Source: a virus (lineage: Duplodnaviria > Caudoviricetes). From it: 38,562 nucleotides of DNA. Location: IMG/VR virus record IMGVR_UViG_3300044723_005851, positions 1-38,562 of that record; one strand, given 5' to 3'. The translations under genes were made by a program, and so were the position numbers. Below are positions 8,346-16,046 of the stretch, in pieces (position 1 is the first letter of the stretch; each line of letters starts with the position of its first letter). The notes beneath the pieces were generated by a model that did no database searches, was not told the origin of the DNA, and saw only the letters and a list, made by a program, of their open reading frames with translations.

Positions 8346-8606
8346 ATGGCACAGAAAGAAAAAGTATTTGCCGATGGATTCTCCTTTAAGAGGAGAGAAG
8401 AAGCACCTGACTTCGTGGTTGGAAGAATCAGCGTAAAGGTTACGGATGCTGTTGATTTCCTGAAGAGAAACGAAAAGAAAGGTTGGGTAAACCTAAACAT
8501 TAACCAAGCTAAATCAGGTTCATATTATATGGAGCTTGATACCTACGAACCAAAGCCACAAACTCCTGCACCTGAGAAGGAATCAGGTGAGGCTCTTCCA
8601 TTCTAG
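8346..8606 (+). CDS. Putative ssDNA-binding protein
   Basis: Small beta-rich protein with flexible tail ending in LPF (SSB-type C-terminus), in SSAP-exo-SSB order. Confidence 0.55.
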   Translation: MAQKEKVFADGFSFKRREEAPDFVVGRISVKVTDAVDFLKRNEKKGWVNLNINQAKSGSYYMELDTYEPKPQTPAPEKESGEALPF

Positions 8607-8630
8607 AATGGTTATTAAATAGTTCTTACA

Positions 8631-8661
8631 AAGAAAGGGGGAACATTGTTCCTCTTTTCTT
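8631..8661 (+). terminator. Intrinsic terminator-like hairpin
   Basis: 14-bp AAGAAAGGGGGAAC/GTTCCTCTTTTCTT stem with G-U pairs, 25 nt after stop codon. Confidence 0.7.
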
Positions 8662-8751
8662 ATGACTATTCCATGTTGACTTTTGGTGTCTATATACTTA
8701 TTATTATTTCTATTACTTTATTTTTATTTTTTTATATACATAGAAGAAAAA

Positions 8752-8825
8752 GTTAACATTATTAACATAACCCTTATAAACAAAGGATTTTTTCAACATA
8801 AACTCAACATAAACTTAACATAAAC
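8752..8825. repeat. Iteron-like 11-bp direct repeats (candidate replication origin)
   Basis: TCAACATAAAC at 8793 and 8804, TTAACATAAAC at 8815, partial TTAACAT copies near 8753 and 8762; AT-rich tract 8690-8750; just upstream of primase-helicase. Confidence 0.6.
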
Positions 8826-8834
8826 AATATTATT

Positions 8835-11252
8835 ATGTCATTATCACAGCAAAACATTACCATATTTAAAAACATTCGAGAGACAGATACACCATTCTAC
8901 AGACCTATTAATTCTATATTGAATAGGATAAAGGATGGCTCATCAAAAGAGTTAGTAAAAAGGATTCGTGCTGAAAAGGATAAGTCTGAACGCAATGAAT
9001 TAAAGAAGCAGCTTCCTGCTATTTGTTTTTCAGGTATGTTCAACAAAAGAAATGATAGCTCTATTCAGGAGCATTCAGGATTCATATGCCTTGACTTCGA
9101 TGGATATGAAAAGCAAAAAGATATGCTCCAAGACAAGGAGAAGTTTACCAAAGACAACATTGTATACAGCGTGTTCATATCTCCAAGTGGAAAGGGATTG
9201 AAGGTGATAGTAAGGATTCCTCCTGATGCTGACAATCATGTAAACTATTTCAATGCATTGGATAAGCACTTCAACAATCAGCATTTCGATGTGACATCCA
9301 AGAATGTATCTAGGGTATGTTACGAAAGCTATGACCCATTGATTTACATCAACGAGAACTCATCGCTGTGGGATAAGGTGGAAGAAAAAGAATACCGAGA
9401 GGTGCAGCAGTACAGAGATTTACCTACCATTCCAATCACAGATGAGAATAAGATAGTGGATATTCTAGTGAAGTGGTGGCACAAGAAGTACCCAATGGTG
9501 GAAGGTCAGCGTAATCAGAACTGCTTCATCCTTGCAGCAGCGATGAATGACTTTGGAGTGAATAGGTCATTGGCAGCTTATGTCCTGACGAACTATCAAA
9601 GCAGCGACTTTACGGAGAATGAAATACAAAGAACTATAGACTCGGCTTACTCTAATACAGCAAGTTTTGGAACTAAATACTATGAGGATGAGGAGCGAGT
9701 AAATAACATTAGGGTAAAACTTCGCAGGGGTTCAACTAAAAAAGAGATTCGGTTGCAACTCCAAAATTCAAACATAGATAACGATACCATTGAAGCTGTA
9801 TTAGAGAGGGTAGATAGTGAGAATCAGTTACAGCAGTTTTGGACAAAGAGTGACAAGGGAGCAATCAAGATGATTCATATTCTATTCAAGCAGTTCTTGG
9901 AGGACAATGGATTCTATAAGTATTGTCCTGAAGGTGGAAAGAATTATGTCTTTGTGAAGGTGACCAATAACCTGATAGACCACACCGATGAGAAACAAAT
10001 AAAAGATTTTGTTTTAAATCATCTAATTGATATTGATGACATCAGCATCTATAATTACTTTGCTGACCACACTAGGTTTTTCAGGGAGGAGTTTCTATCC
10101 CTGCTATCAACGATAGATATTTATTTTATAGAGGACAGCAAGACCACATCATATCTGTACTACAAAAATTGTGCAGTAAAAATTACTAAGGATAACCTAG
10201 AGATTATAGATTACTTAGACCTTGGGGGATATGTTTGGAAAGACCATGTGATAGACAGAAACTTTACCAAGTGTTCTATAGGTGGCTGCGATTACAAAAA
10301 GTTTATCAACAATGTATGTGGAAAACAATCTGACAGAACTAAGTCTATGGAATCTACTATTGGATTCCTTATGCATGGTCATAAGAACTTGAGTTACTGC
10401 CCTGCTGTGATTCTAAATGATGAAGTTATCTCCGATAATCCTGAAGGTGGAACAGGAAAGGGAATCTTTATGAATGCCCTTGGTCAGATGAAGAAAGTGG
10501 TGACGATTGATGGTAAATCATTTAACTTTGAAAGGTCATTTGCTTATCAGCTTGTATCAGCAGATACTCAGATACTTGTTTTCGATGATGTTAGAAAGCA
10601 CTTTGACTTTGAAAGGTTGTTCTCTGTGGTAACTGAAGGATTAACGCTTGAAAAGAAGAATAAAGATGCCATAAAGATACCTTTCAGTAAATCCCCAAAG
10701 ATTGCAATCACTACCAACTATGCAATCAAGGGTGCAGGTAACTCTTTTGCTAGAAGAAAGTGGGAGCTTGAGCTTCACCAACACTACGATAAAAATTTTA
10801 CTCCATTGGATGAGTTTGGTAAGCTTATGTTCGGAGATTGGAACGACAATGAGTGGTGTGAGTTTGATAACTACATGATATCATGTCTTCAGTTATACTT
10901 GAGAGAAGGGTTAGTACAAAGCAAGTTTGTTAATCTTAAAATCAGACAGCTATCAGCAGAGACTTCTCATGATTTTATCGAGTGGTGTGGTTTAGTTAAT
11001 GGTTCGGAGTTAAACCATAAACTATCTGTTGGTGGTAAAATAAATGTTCAGGATTGTTACTATGATTTTATAGAGCAGTATCCTGACTATGCTCCGAAGG
11101 CTAAGATGACTATATCAAGAATCCGTTTTGGAAAGTGGATGGTATCTTACGCTGTGTATATATCAGGAGCTAGACCTGAAGAAGGTAGAGATACGCTAGG
11201 AAAATGGATGAGAATAAAAGAACCTAGTGAGATATCTACACATAAAATATAA
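8835..11252 (+). CDS. Primase-helicase: BT4734/VirE-N-like primase domain + PriCT + P-loop helicase
   Basis: K..LP.ICFSG.F, ICLDFD, FISPSGKGLK, SRVCYESYDP; GQRN..F.LA (PriCT); Walker A GGTGKG, Walker B LVFDD, ITTN. Confidence 0.88.
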   Translation: MSLSQQNITIFKNIRETDTPFYRPINSILNRIKDGSSKELVKRIRAEKDKSERNELKKQLPAICFSGMFNKRNDSSIQEHSGFICLDFDGYEKQKDMLQDKEKFTKDNIVYSVFISPSGKGLKVIVRIPPDADNHVNYFNALDKHFNNQHFDVTSKNVSRVCYESYDPLIYINENSSLWDKVEEKEYREVQQYRDLPTIPITDENKIVDILVKWWHKKYPMVEGQRNQNCFILAAAMNDFGVNRSLAAYVLTNYQSSDFTENEIQRTIDSAYSNTASFGTKYYEDEERVNNIRVKLRRGSTKKEIRLQLQNSNIDNDTIEAVLERVDSENQLQQFWTKSDKGAIKMIHILFKQFLEDNGFYKYCPEGGKNYVFVKVTNNLIDHTDEKQIKDFVLNHLIDIDDISIYNYFADHTRFFREEFLSLLSTIDIYFIEDSKTTSYLYYKNCAVKITKDNLEIIDYLDLGGYVWKDHVIDRNFTKCSIGGCDYKKFINNVCGKQSDRTKSMESTIGFLMHGHKNLSYCPAVILNDEVISDNPEGGTGKGIFMNALGQMKKVVTIDGKSFNFERSFAYQLVSADTQILVFDDVRKHFDFERLFSVVTEGLTLEKKNKDAIKIPFSKSPKIAITTNYAIKGAGNSFARRKWELELHQHYDKNFTPLDEFGKLMFGDWNDNEWCEFDNYMISCLQLYLREGLVQSKFVNLKIRQLSAETSHDFIEWCGLVNGSELNHKLSVGGKINVQDCYYDFIEQYPDYAPKAKMTISRIRFGKWMVSYAVYISGARPEEGRDTLGKWMRIKEPSEISTHKI

Positions 11253-11258
11253 TTTATA

Positions 11259-11519
11259 ATGATTGACTTTAATCCTATATCTTATAAGCAGCATGGATGG
11301 AGCGATGAGGAGATACTTCAAAAACTTTACAGCCTGAAGAGGGTAATGTTTCAGGTTGTGAAAGTAAAAAAGAAGGAAGGCAGGAAGGTTGTATATGTTG
11401 ATAGATATAAATGGAAAGGAGGAGACAACGAATCAATAAGAAAAGGAATACTACAAAACATTAAACGCTATGAAGATAAAGTTCAGAAGTTATCAGAAGA
11501 AGATAATAGAGAAAGCTAG
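11259..11519 (+). CDS. Hypothetical basic protein
   Basis: ORF between primase and helicase. Confidence 0.6.
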   Translation: MIDFNPISYKQHGWSDEEILQKLYSLKRVMFQVVKVKKKEGRKVVYVDRYKWKGGDNESIRKGILQNIKRYEDKVQKLSEEDNRES

Positions 11520-12708
11520 GCACATCCTACAAAAGTATAGGTTTATATACCTAGCTATGGAGGTGAGGACAGGTAAGACATTGACATCCCTAGGCATAGC
11601 TAGTGCGTGTGGATTTAAGAATGTTGTTTTCCTCACCAAGAAGAAAGCAATCTATAGTATTCAAGGAGACTATGAATTACTTAGTCCTAACTACAAGTTC
11701 TCAGTTATCAACTACGAGTCCATGCACAAGCTAGAGATTAGCCGATGTGACTTCCTGATACTAGACGAAGCTCATGGCATGGGTGCATTTCCCAAGCCAA
11801 GCAAGAGAGCCAAGGATGTGAAGGCATTCATTAATAAATATAAGTGTTGTGTTTGCTTAATGTCGGGAACGCCAACACCTGAATCGTACTCTCAGATGTA
11901 TCATCAGGTGTATGGCATCCCTGCCAATCCGTTCAATCAGTTCAGGAACTTCTATGAATTTGCTAGTCAATTTGTCAAGGTATCTAGGAAGAAAATAAAC
12001 TCCATGTACATCAATGACTACAGCAATGGGTTGATTTCTATAGTAAGAGCTATGCAGCCATACACCATCAACTATACTCAGAAGGAGGCAGGGTTTAAGA
12101 ATGAAATCAATGAGGAGGTTTTGAATGTGGAGATGAGTCCTATCACCTATAAGTTAGCAAAGAGCTTGAAAAGAGATTTGGTTGTTGAAGGCAATGACGA
12201 AATAATATTAGCCGATACACCTGTAAAGCTGATGCAAAAGCTTCATCAAATGTATAGTGGAACAATTATATTTGAGAGTGGCGAAGCCATGGTCATAGAC
12301 AAAACCAAAGCAGAGTTCATCAAGGATAACTTTAAAGGAAAGAAGATAGGAATCTTCTATAAGTTCAGGGCAGAACTCAAGGCATTGATGGAAGTCTTTG
12401 GGGAGGACAGCCTGACTACCGACATCCAAGAGTTTAATAGCACAGACAAGTCTATTGCACTACAGATTGTATCAGGTAGGGAAGGAATCAGTTTGAAGAA
12501 AGCTGATGCATTGGTCTACTACAACATAGACTTTTCAGCAACAAGTTATTGGCAGTCAAGAGATAGGATGACCACAAAAGAAAGGAAGAGCAGTAAAGTA
12601 TATTGGATATTCTCCGAAGGTGGAATAGAGGAACAGATATACAAAGCTGTAACCAAGAAGAAAGATTATACTATCAATCATTTCAAAAAGGATTTATTAT
12701 CTTTATAA
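11470..12708 (+). CDS. SF2 (SNF2-like) DEAH helicase
   Basis: RTGKT, ILDEAH, MSGTP, GREGISL and QSRDR motifs. Confidence 0.88.
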   Translation: MKIKFRSYQKKIIEKARHILQKYRFIYLAMEVRTGKTLTSLGIASACGFKNVVFLTKKKAIYSIQGDYELLSPNYKFSVINYESMHKLEISRCDFLILDEAHGMGAFPKPSKRAKDVKAFINKYKCCVCLMSGTPTPESYSQMYHQVYGIPANPFNQFRNFYEFASQFVKVSRKKINSMYINDYSNGLISIVRAMQPYTINYTQKEAGFKNEINEEVLNVEMSPITYKLAKSLKRDLVVEGNDEIILADTPVKLMQKLHQMYSGTIIFESGEAMVIDKTKAEFIKDNFKGKKIGIFYKFRAELKALMEVFGEDSLTTDIQEFNSTDKSIALQIVSGREGISLKKADALVYYNIDFSATSYWQSRDRMTTKERKSSKVYWIFSEGGIEEQIYKAVTKKKDYTINHFKKDLLSL

Positions 12709-12718
12709 ACAACAGACC

Positions 12719-12937
12719 ATGAAGAGCTATTGTGAGATTCAGAAAATAAATTATTTATATTTTTTTGATTCATACTTCGATATACCTGAAGGGATACCTG
12801 AAGATAAATACACAGAAGAGGAGGCACATAAGTTTGCAATAGATATGGTGCAAAGGTATGATAGCAAAGAGCATATAAATAAAATTAAAAAATTCATTGA
12901 AATAAAACTTAAATTATGCATTACGATAATTATTTAA
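12719..12937 (+). CDS. Hypothetical protein in AT-rich patch
   Basis: ORF only. Confidence 0.5.
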   Translation: MKSYCEIQKINYLYFFDSYFDIPEGIPEDKYTEEEAHKFAIDMVQRYDSKEHINKIKKFIEIKLKLCITIII

Positions 12938-13374
12938 ACAATTTAGTTATAGAGAAAAAAATTATTGAATTTATTAATTCATCCGAAACGCCTCTTAAAA
13001 GAGAGGAGATAAATGATTTTGCTAAAAATCTTGGCGTTCAAGTTAGACCACTAAGTACCTTGCTTAAAAAAAATGTAAAGAATCAAAAGATAGCAAGGTT
13101 AAGACATGGTATATATGCAGGTATAAATAATAACATGATGACAGAGCAACAGATACAAAGGAAAAGGATTAAGGAGCTAGAGGCAGAGGGATACTATGTC
13201 ATCAAGCTTACGGTTACCAACAAGAATGGCATACCTGACTTGATTGCAATACCACCGAACTCTAATGTTTTGTTTAGTGAAATCAAAAGACCAAACGGAA
13301 AACTATCCAAGCTTCAAGAGTTTAGGATAAAAGAACTTCAACCATATGCCAACACAGAAATATATAGGGGATAA
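12916..13374 (+). CDS. VRR-NUC nuclease with N-terminal winged-helix-like extension (alternative start 13135/13138)
   Basis: EQQIQ, GIPDL, SEIKRPNGKLSKLQ (VRR-NUC); N-terminal part ends IARLRHGIY, similar to the AbiEi-type wHTH wing. Confidence 0.8.
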   Translation: MHYDNYLNNLVIEKKIIEFINSSETPLKREEINDFAKNLGVQVRPLSTLLKKNVKNQKIARLRHGIYAGINNNMMTEQQIQRKRIKELEAEGYYVIKLTVTNKNGIPDLIAIPPNSNVLFSEIKRPNGKLSKLQEFRIKELQPYANTEIYRG

Positions 13375-13675
13375 ATTTATTTACGAGATAGATGAATTTT
13401 TTGTAGAAAAATTAAGAGTGCTACCTAAAGACTTAGCTTTTGACATTGCCATGCAGGTGGAAGAAAATGCTATGGAGCTACCGAGGACCGATATATTTGG
13501 TGTAAAGTATGGAGGTGTAAGCAACATAACAGGTAAGGCAATTTTTTTTGAGGTAGAGTTTGTGTATGAGGATGAGGATGTTTTGTATTTATCAGACCTT
13601 GACCTTATAGATTCGGACTCTTTTCTAGACTATTACATCGAAAAGAAAACATTTAAAATTAAATACAATGAGTAA
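13346..13675 (+). CDS. Hypothetical strongly acidic protein
   Basis: D/E- and aromatic-rich ORF overlapping neighbours. Confidence 0.65.
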   Translation: MPTQKYIGDKFIYEIDEFFVEKLRVLPKDLAFDIAMQVEENAMELPRTDIFGVKYGGVSNITGKAIFFEVEFVYEDEDVLYLSDLDLIDSDSFLDYYIEKKTFKIKYNE

Positions 13676-14195
13676 AAATTTAACAAAAGAAGTTAAAGAT
13701 AAATTAGTTGAAGCTATTAAATATAATTGTGGGGTAGACCCAACAGAAAATAAACGAACTGAAACTTGGGTAGAAGCAAGGAGATACTATTTTGTAATAC
13801 TCAGAGAAATGGGATATACATTTCAAGATATAGGGAGCAGCATAGGAATGCATCACACATCTGTCATACATCATCTAGATATATTTGACCATCTATATAA
13901 AAACGACAAGGAAACAAGAGAGAGATACAAGAAGATAAGAGCTGAGTTTGTAGGTGATGCTTGGCTAAATGATGTGCGAGAAAAATCTGTTGATGAGTTG
14001 GTAGATATTATATTTAGTTTGGAAAAGTCAAATAAAAGTTTAAATTTGTATAATAAGGAGCTTAAAAAAAGTCTAAATGATTATAAAAAATTTAGCAAAC
14101 TTATAGATATATTTAATAAACATGAGTTTATTCTAAGACGAAAAGATATACACAATAAATTAAATCATATGTTGAATGGGTTATACAATACATGA
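13668..14195 (+). CDS. DnaA domain IV-like HTH protein with C-terminal coiled coil
   Basis: R...VEARR.Y..ILR..GYT..DIG..IG.HHTSVIH motif. Confidence 0.7.
   Translation: MSKNLTKEVKDKLVEAIKYNCGVDPTENKRTETWVEARRYYFVILREMGYTFQDIGSSIGMHHTSVIHHLDIFDHLYKNDKETRERYKKIRAEFVGDAWLNDVREKSVDELVDIIFSLEKSNKSLNLYNKELKKSLNDYKKFSKLIDIFNKHEFILRRKDIHNKLNHMLNGLYNT
14018..14048 (+). promoter_or_regulatory. Intragenic Bacteroidota-type promoter
   Basis: TTTG, 19 nt, TAAATTTG inside the 13668-14195 CDS. Confidence 0.5.
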
Positions 14196-14421
14196 TATAG
14201 ATAAAATAGTTAACTTTAAGACTTGGACAGATACAAAAAAAATTGATGAGCTATTGCTTATTGATTGTAGATTATACATGAATATGGGTTGTAGCTCAAC
14301 CAAACAAGAGAAAGAAGAAACCAAAAGGTTATCGAGAAAAATTTATAGAGCCATTAAAACAATAGACAAAAAAATGGGTCAACATTTTTTGATGGCGATG
14401 GACACCAACGATACCAAATGA
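14176..14421 (+). CDS. Hypothetical protein
   Basis: Coupled ORF in operon. Confidence 0.7.
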   Translation: MGYTIHDIDKIVNFKTWTDTKKIDELLLIDCRLYMNMGCSSTKQEKEETKRLSRKIYRAIKTIDKKMGQHFLMAMDTNDTK

Positions 14422-14606
14422 AAATAACTGCATTAGAAAGATTAAGGATATCACACATAAACTCTCTTATGGAGTTTCTTTATGACAATAATGCAAATAT
14501 CTACGAAACCTTGGTTGATAAAGAATACAAAACAGCAAAAGAACATATCGAGAAAACTATAACCACTCTAAAAGATTTATCAGACTCGATTACAGATGAC
14601 ACATAG
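14418..14606 (+). CDS. Hypothetical protein
   Basis: ATGA overlap with upstream gene. Confidence 0.65.
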   Translation: MKITALERLRISHINSLMEFLYDNNANIYETLVDKEYKTAKEHIEKTITTLKDLSDSITDDT

Positions 14607-14997
14607 AACCTGCACAAGTTGTAAGAAGAAGCAACCAATAACCAACTATTATAGAGATAACAGGAATAGAAAGCATAAAAAAATAAAACACAGAACCATG
14701 TGTAAATCTTGTCATTATAATAGGTTGAAAGAAAAGAGAGCATTAAACAGAGATTATGTTAGGTCTGTTAAAGAAAATGCTTCATGCTCAAAGTGTGGGT
14801 ATTCAAAGAAAACACACGCTGATTTTACATCTAGAGCATTAGAGTTTCACCATACAAGCAATGATAAAGACTTTAATATAGGAACGATATCTGCTAAAAA
14901 TAGAAGTATGGAGAACCTGAAAAAAGAAATTGATAAATGCATAATACTTTGTTCTAGATGCCATAAAGAAACCCATGCAAAAGAAAGAAATATATAA
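14596..14997 (+). CDS. HNH endonuclease with zinc-finger CxxC pairs
   Basis: CTSC, CKSC, CSKC, ALEFHH, EIDKCIILCSRCHKETH. Confidence 0.85.
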   Translation: MTHRTCTSCKKKQPITNYYRDNRNRKHKKIKHRTMCKSCHYNRLKEKRALNRDYVRSVKENASCSKCGYSKKTHADFTSRALEFHHTSNDKDFNIGTISAKNRSMENLKKEIDKCIILCSRCHKETHAKERNI

Positions 14998-15005
14998 TTA
15001 ATTAA

Positions 15006-15419
15006 ATGAGATTCGAGACCAATGAAGACTTAGACAGAGAAACAAAAGCCATAGAGTTTTTTGTTGACAGGTTTGAAGGTTCATTCAAAAAGCTAGACCC
15101 AAATGATATCGACTACAGAATACATGATTCCCATGGGAGAATCATCGCTTATGCAGAAATCAAAGGTAGACACAGAACGATTGCCAATGCCTACCCTTTG
15201 CCCATTGCAGCTCGGAAAATAGTTAAGCTATGTGATAAGAGATTAAACCCTGTTATAATTTGGGCGTGTGATGATGGCATCATCTATGGTAAGCCACAAG
15301 AGATTGTTGGCACAGCAAGATGGGGAGGTCGCACCCCCATGGATGGAGCATCCAATGATGAAGAGGTTATGATTTATTACGACAAGCAAAAAACCTTAAG
15401 GTATTATAGGTACTACTAA
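15006..15419 (+). CDS. Putative PD-(D/E)xK-fold nuclease
   Basis: E...IDY.....YAEIKGR catalytic-like pattern. Confidence 0.55.
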   Translation: MRFETNEDLDRETKAIEFFVDRFEGSFKKLDPNDIDYRIHDSHGRIIAYAEIKGRHRTIANAYPLPIAARKIVKLCDKRLNPVIIWACDDGIIYGKPQEIVGTARWGGRTPMDGASNDEEVMIYYDKQKTLRYYRYY

Positions 15420-15422
15420 GCC

Positions 15423-15770
15423 ATGGAATATAACTCAGATTTTAAATATGACCTACAAATTGGCAACGAAGCAGAGAATGAGTTTGCTGCCCTGCTATCT
15501 AACAGCAAGGTAGAAGTCAAGTACGATATAATGGCAGAGCATACAGGAAATGTCTTTGTAGAATTTGAAAGCAGGGGTAATCCATCGGGTATAGCTAAAA
15601 CTCAAGCAGACTTTTGGGTAATAAAGGTAGCCAAGAGCTTCATTACATTCAAGGTAGATGACTTGAAGGATATATGTAGAGAGTGGTACAAAGAAAAAGG
15701 CTCTATACTTGGTGGAGATTCAAACACATCCAAGGGAGTGTTGATTCCAATTACATATTTACTAAAATAA
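15423..15770 (+). CDS. Putative PD-(D/E)xK-fold nuclease-like protein
   Basis: DL..G..AE, VEVKYD...TGNVFVE.ESRG.PSGI..T.ADFW pattern common in phage proteins. Confidence 0.6.
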   Translation: MEYNSDFKYDLQIGNEAENEFAALLSNSKVEVKYDIMAEHTGNVFVEFESRGNPSGIAKTQADFWVIKVAKSFITFKVDDLKDICREWYKEKGSILGGDSNTSKGVLIPITYLLK

Positions 15771-15772
15771 AA

Positions 15773-15804
15773 TTTGCATATTAAAATATAAAGATGTAAC
15801 TTTG
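15773..15804 (+). promoter_or_regulatory. Bacteroidota sigma-A-type promoter (perfect consensus)
   Basis: TTTG (15773-15776), 20 nt, TAACTTTG (15797-15804). Confidence 0.75.
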
Positions 15805-15809
15805 ATTAT

Positions 15810-15894
15810 CCAAGATTTGTTCAGCCTTGCTGAATTTATCAAGAGGTTAACTACAAAGAGAGTATCTAATCGGGGGAGAGGATGCTCTTTTTTT
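15810..15894 (+). ncRNA. Candidate small non-coding RNA (about 85 nt)
   Basis: Bounded by a perfect promoter and a + strand terminator, no ORF inside, internal TTCAGC/GCTGAA hairpin. Confidence 0.5.
15855..15894 (+). terminator. Intrinsic terminator
   Basis: AGAGTATCT/GGATGCTCT stem (G-U pairs favour + strand) followed by T7. Confidence 0.7.
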
Positions 15895-15896
15895 AT

Positions 15897-16043
15897 TTAG
15901 TTGTCTCTCTTCATCTTGTAACCCTTGGATTTCTTTTTGTTTTTAAACCCACCTGTGGCATAGTACATCTTGACCTGCTTCTCGGTGAAGATTCTACCAC
16001 TCGGACTCTTGTATTTATTCTTTCCTACTTTTGTAAAAGGCAT
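15897..16043 (-). CDS. Small Lys-rich protein (48 aa, MPFTKVGKNKYKSPSGRIFTEKQVKMYYATGGFK...), absent from ORF track
   Basis: Translated by hand; ATG 3 nt after the giant gene stop, codirectional with late operon. Confidence 0.7.
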   Translation of the reverse strand: MPFTKVGKNKYKSPSGRIFTEKQVKMYYATGGFKNKKKSKGYKMKRDN

Positions 16044-16046
16044 AAC

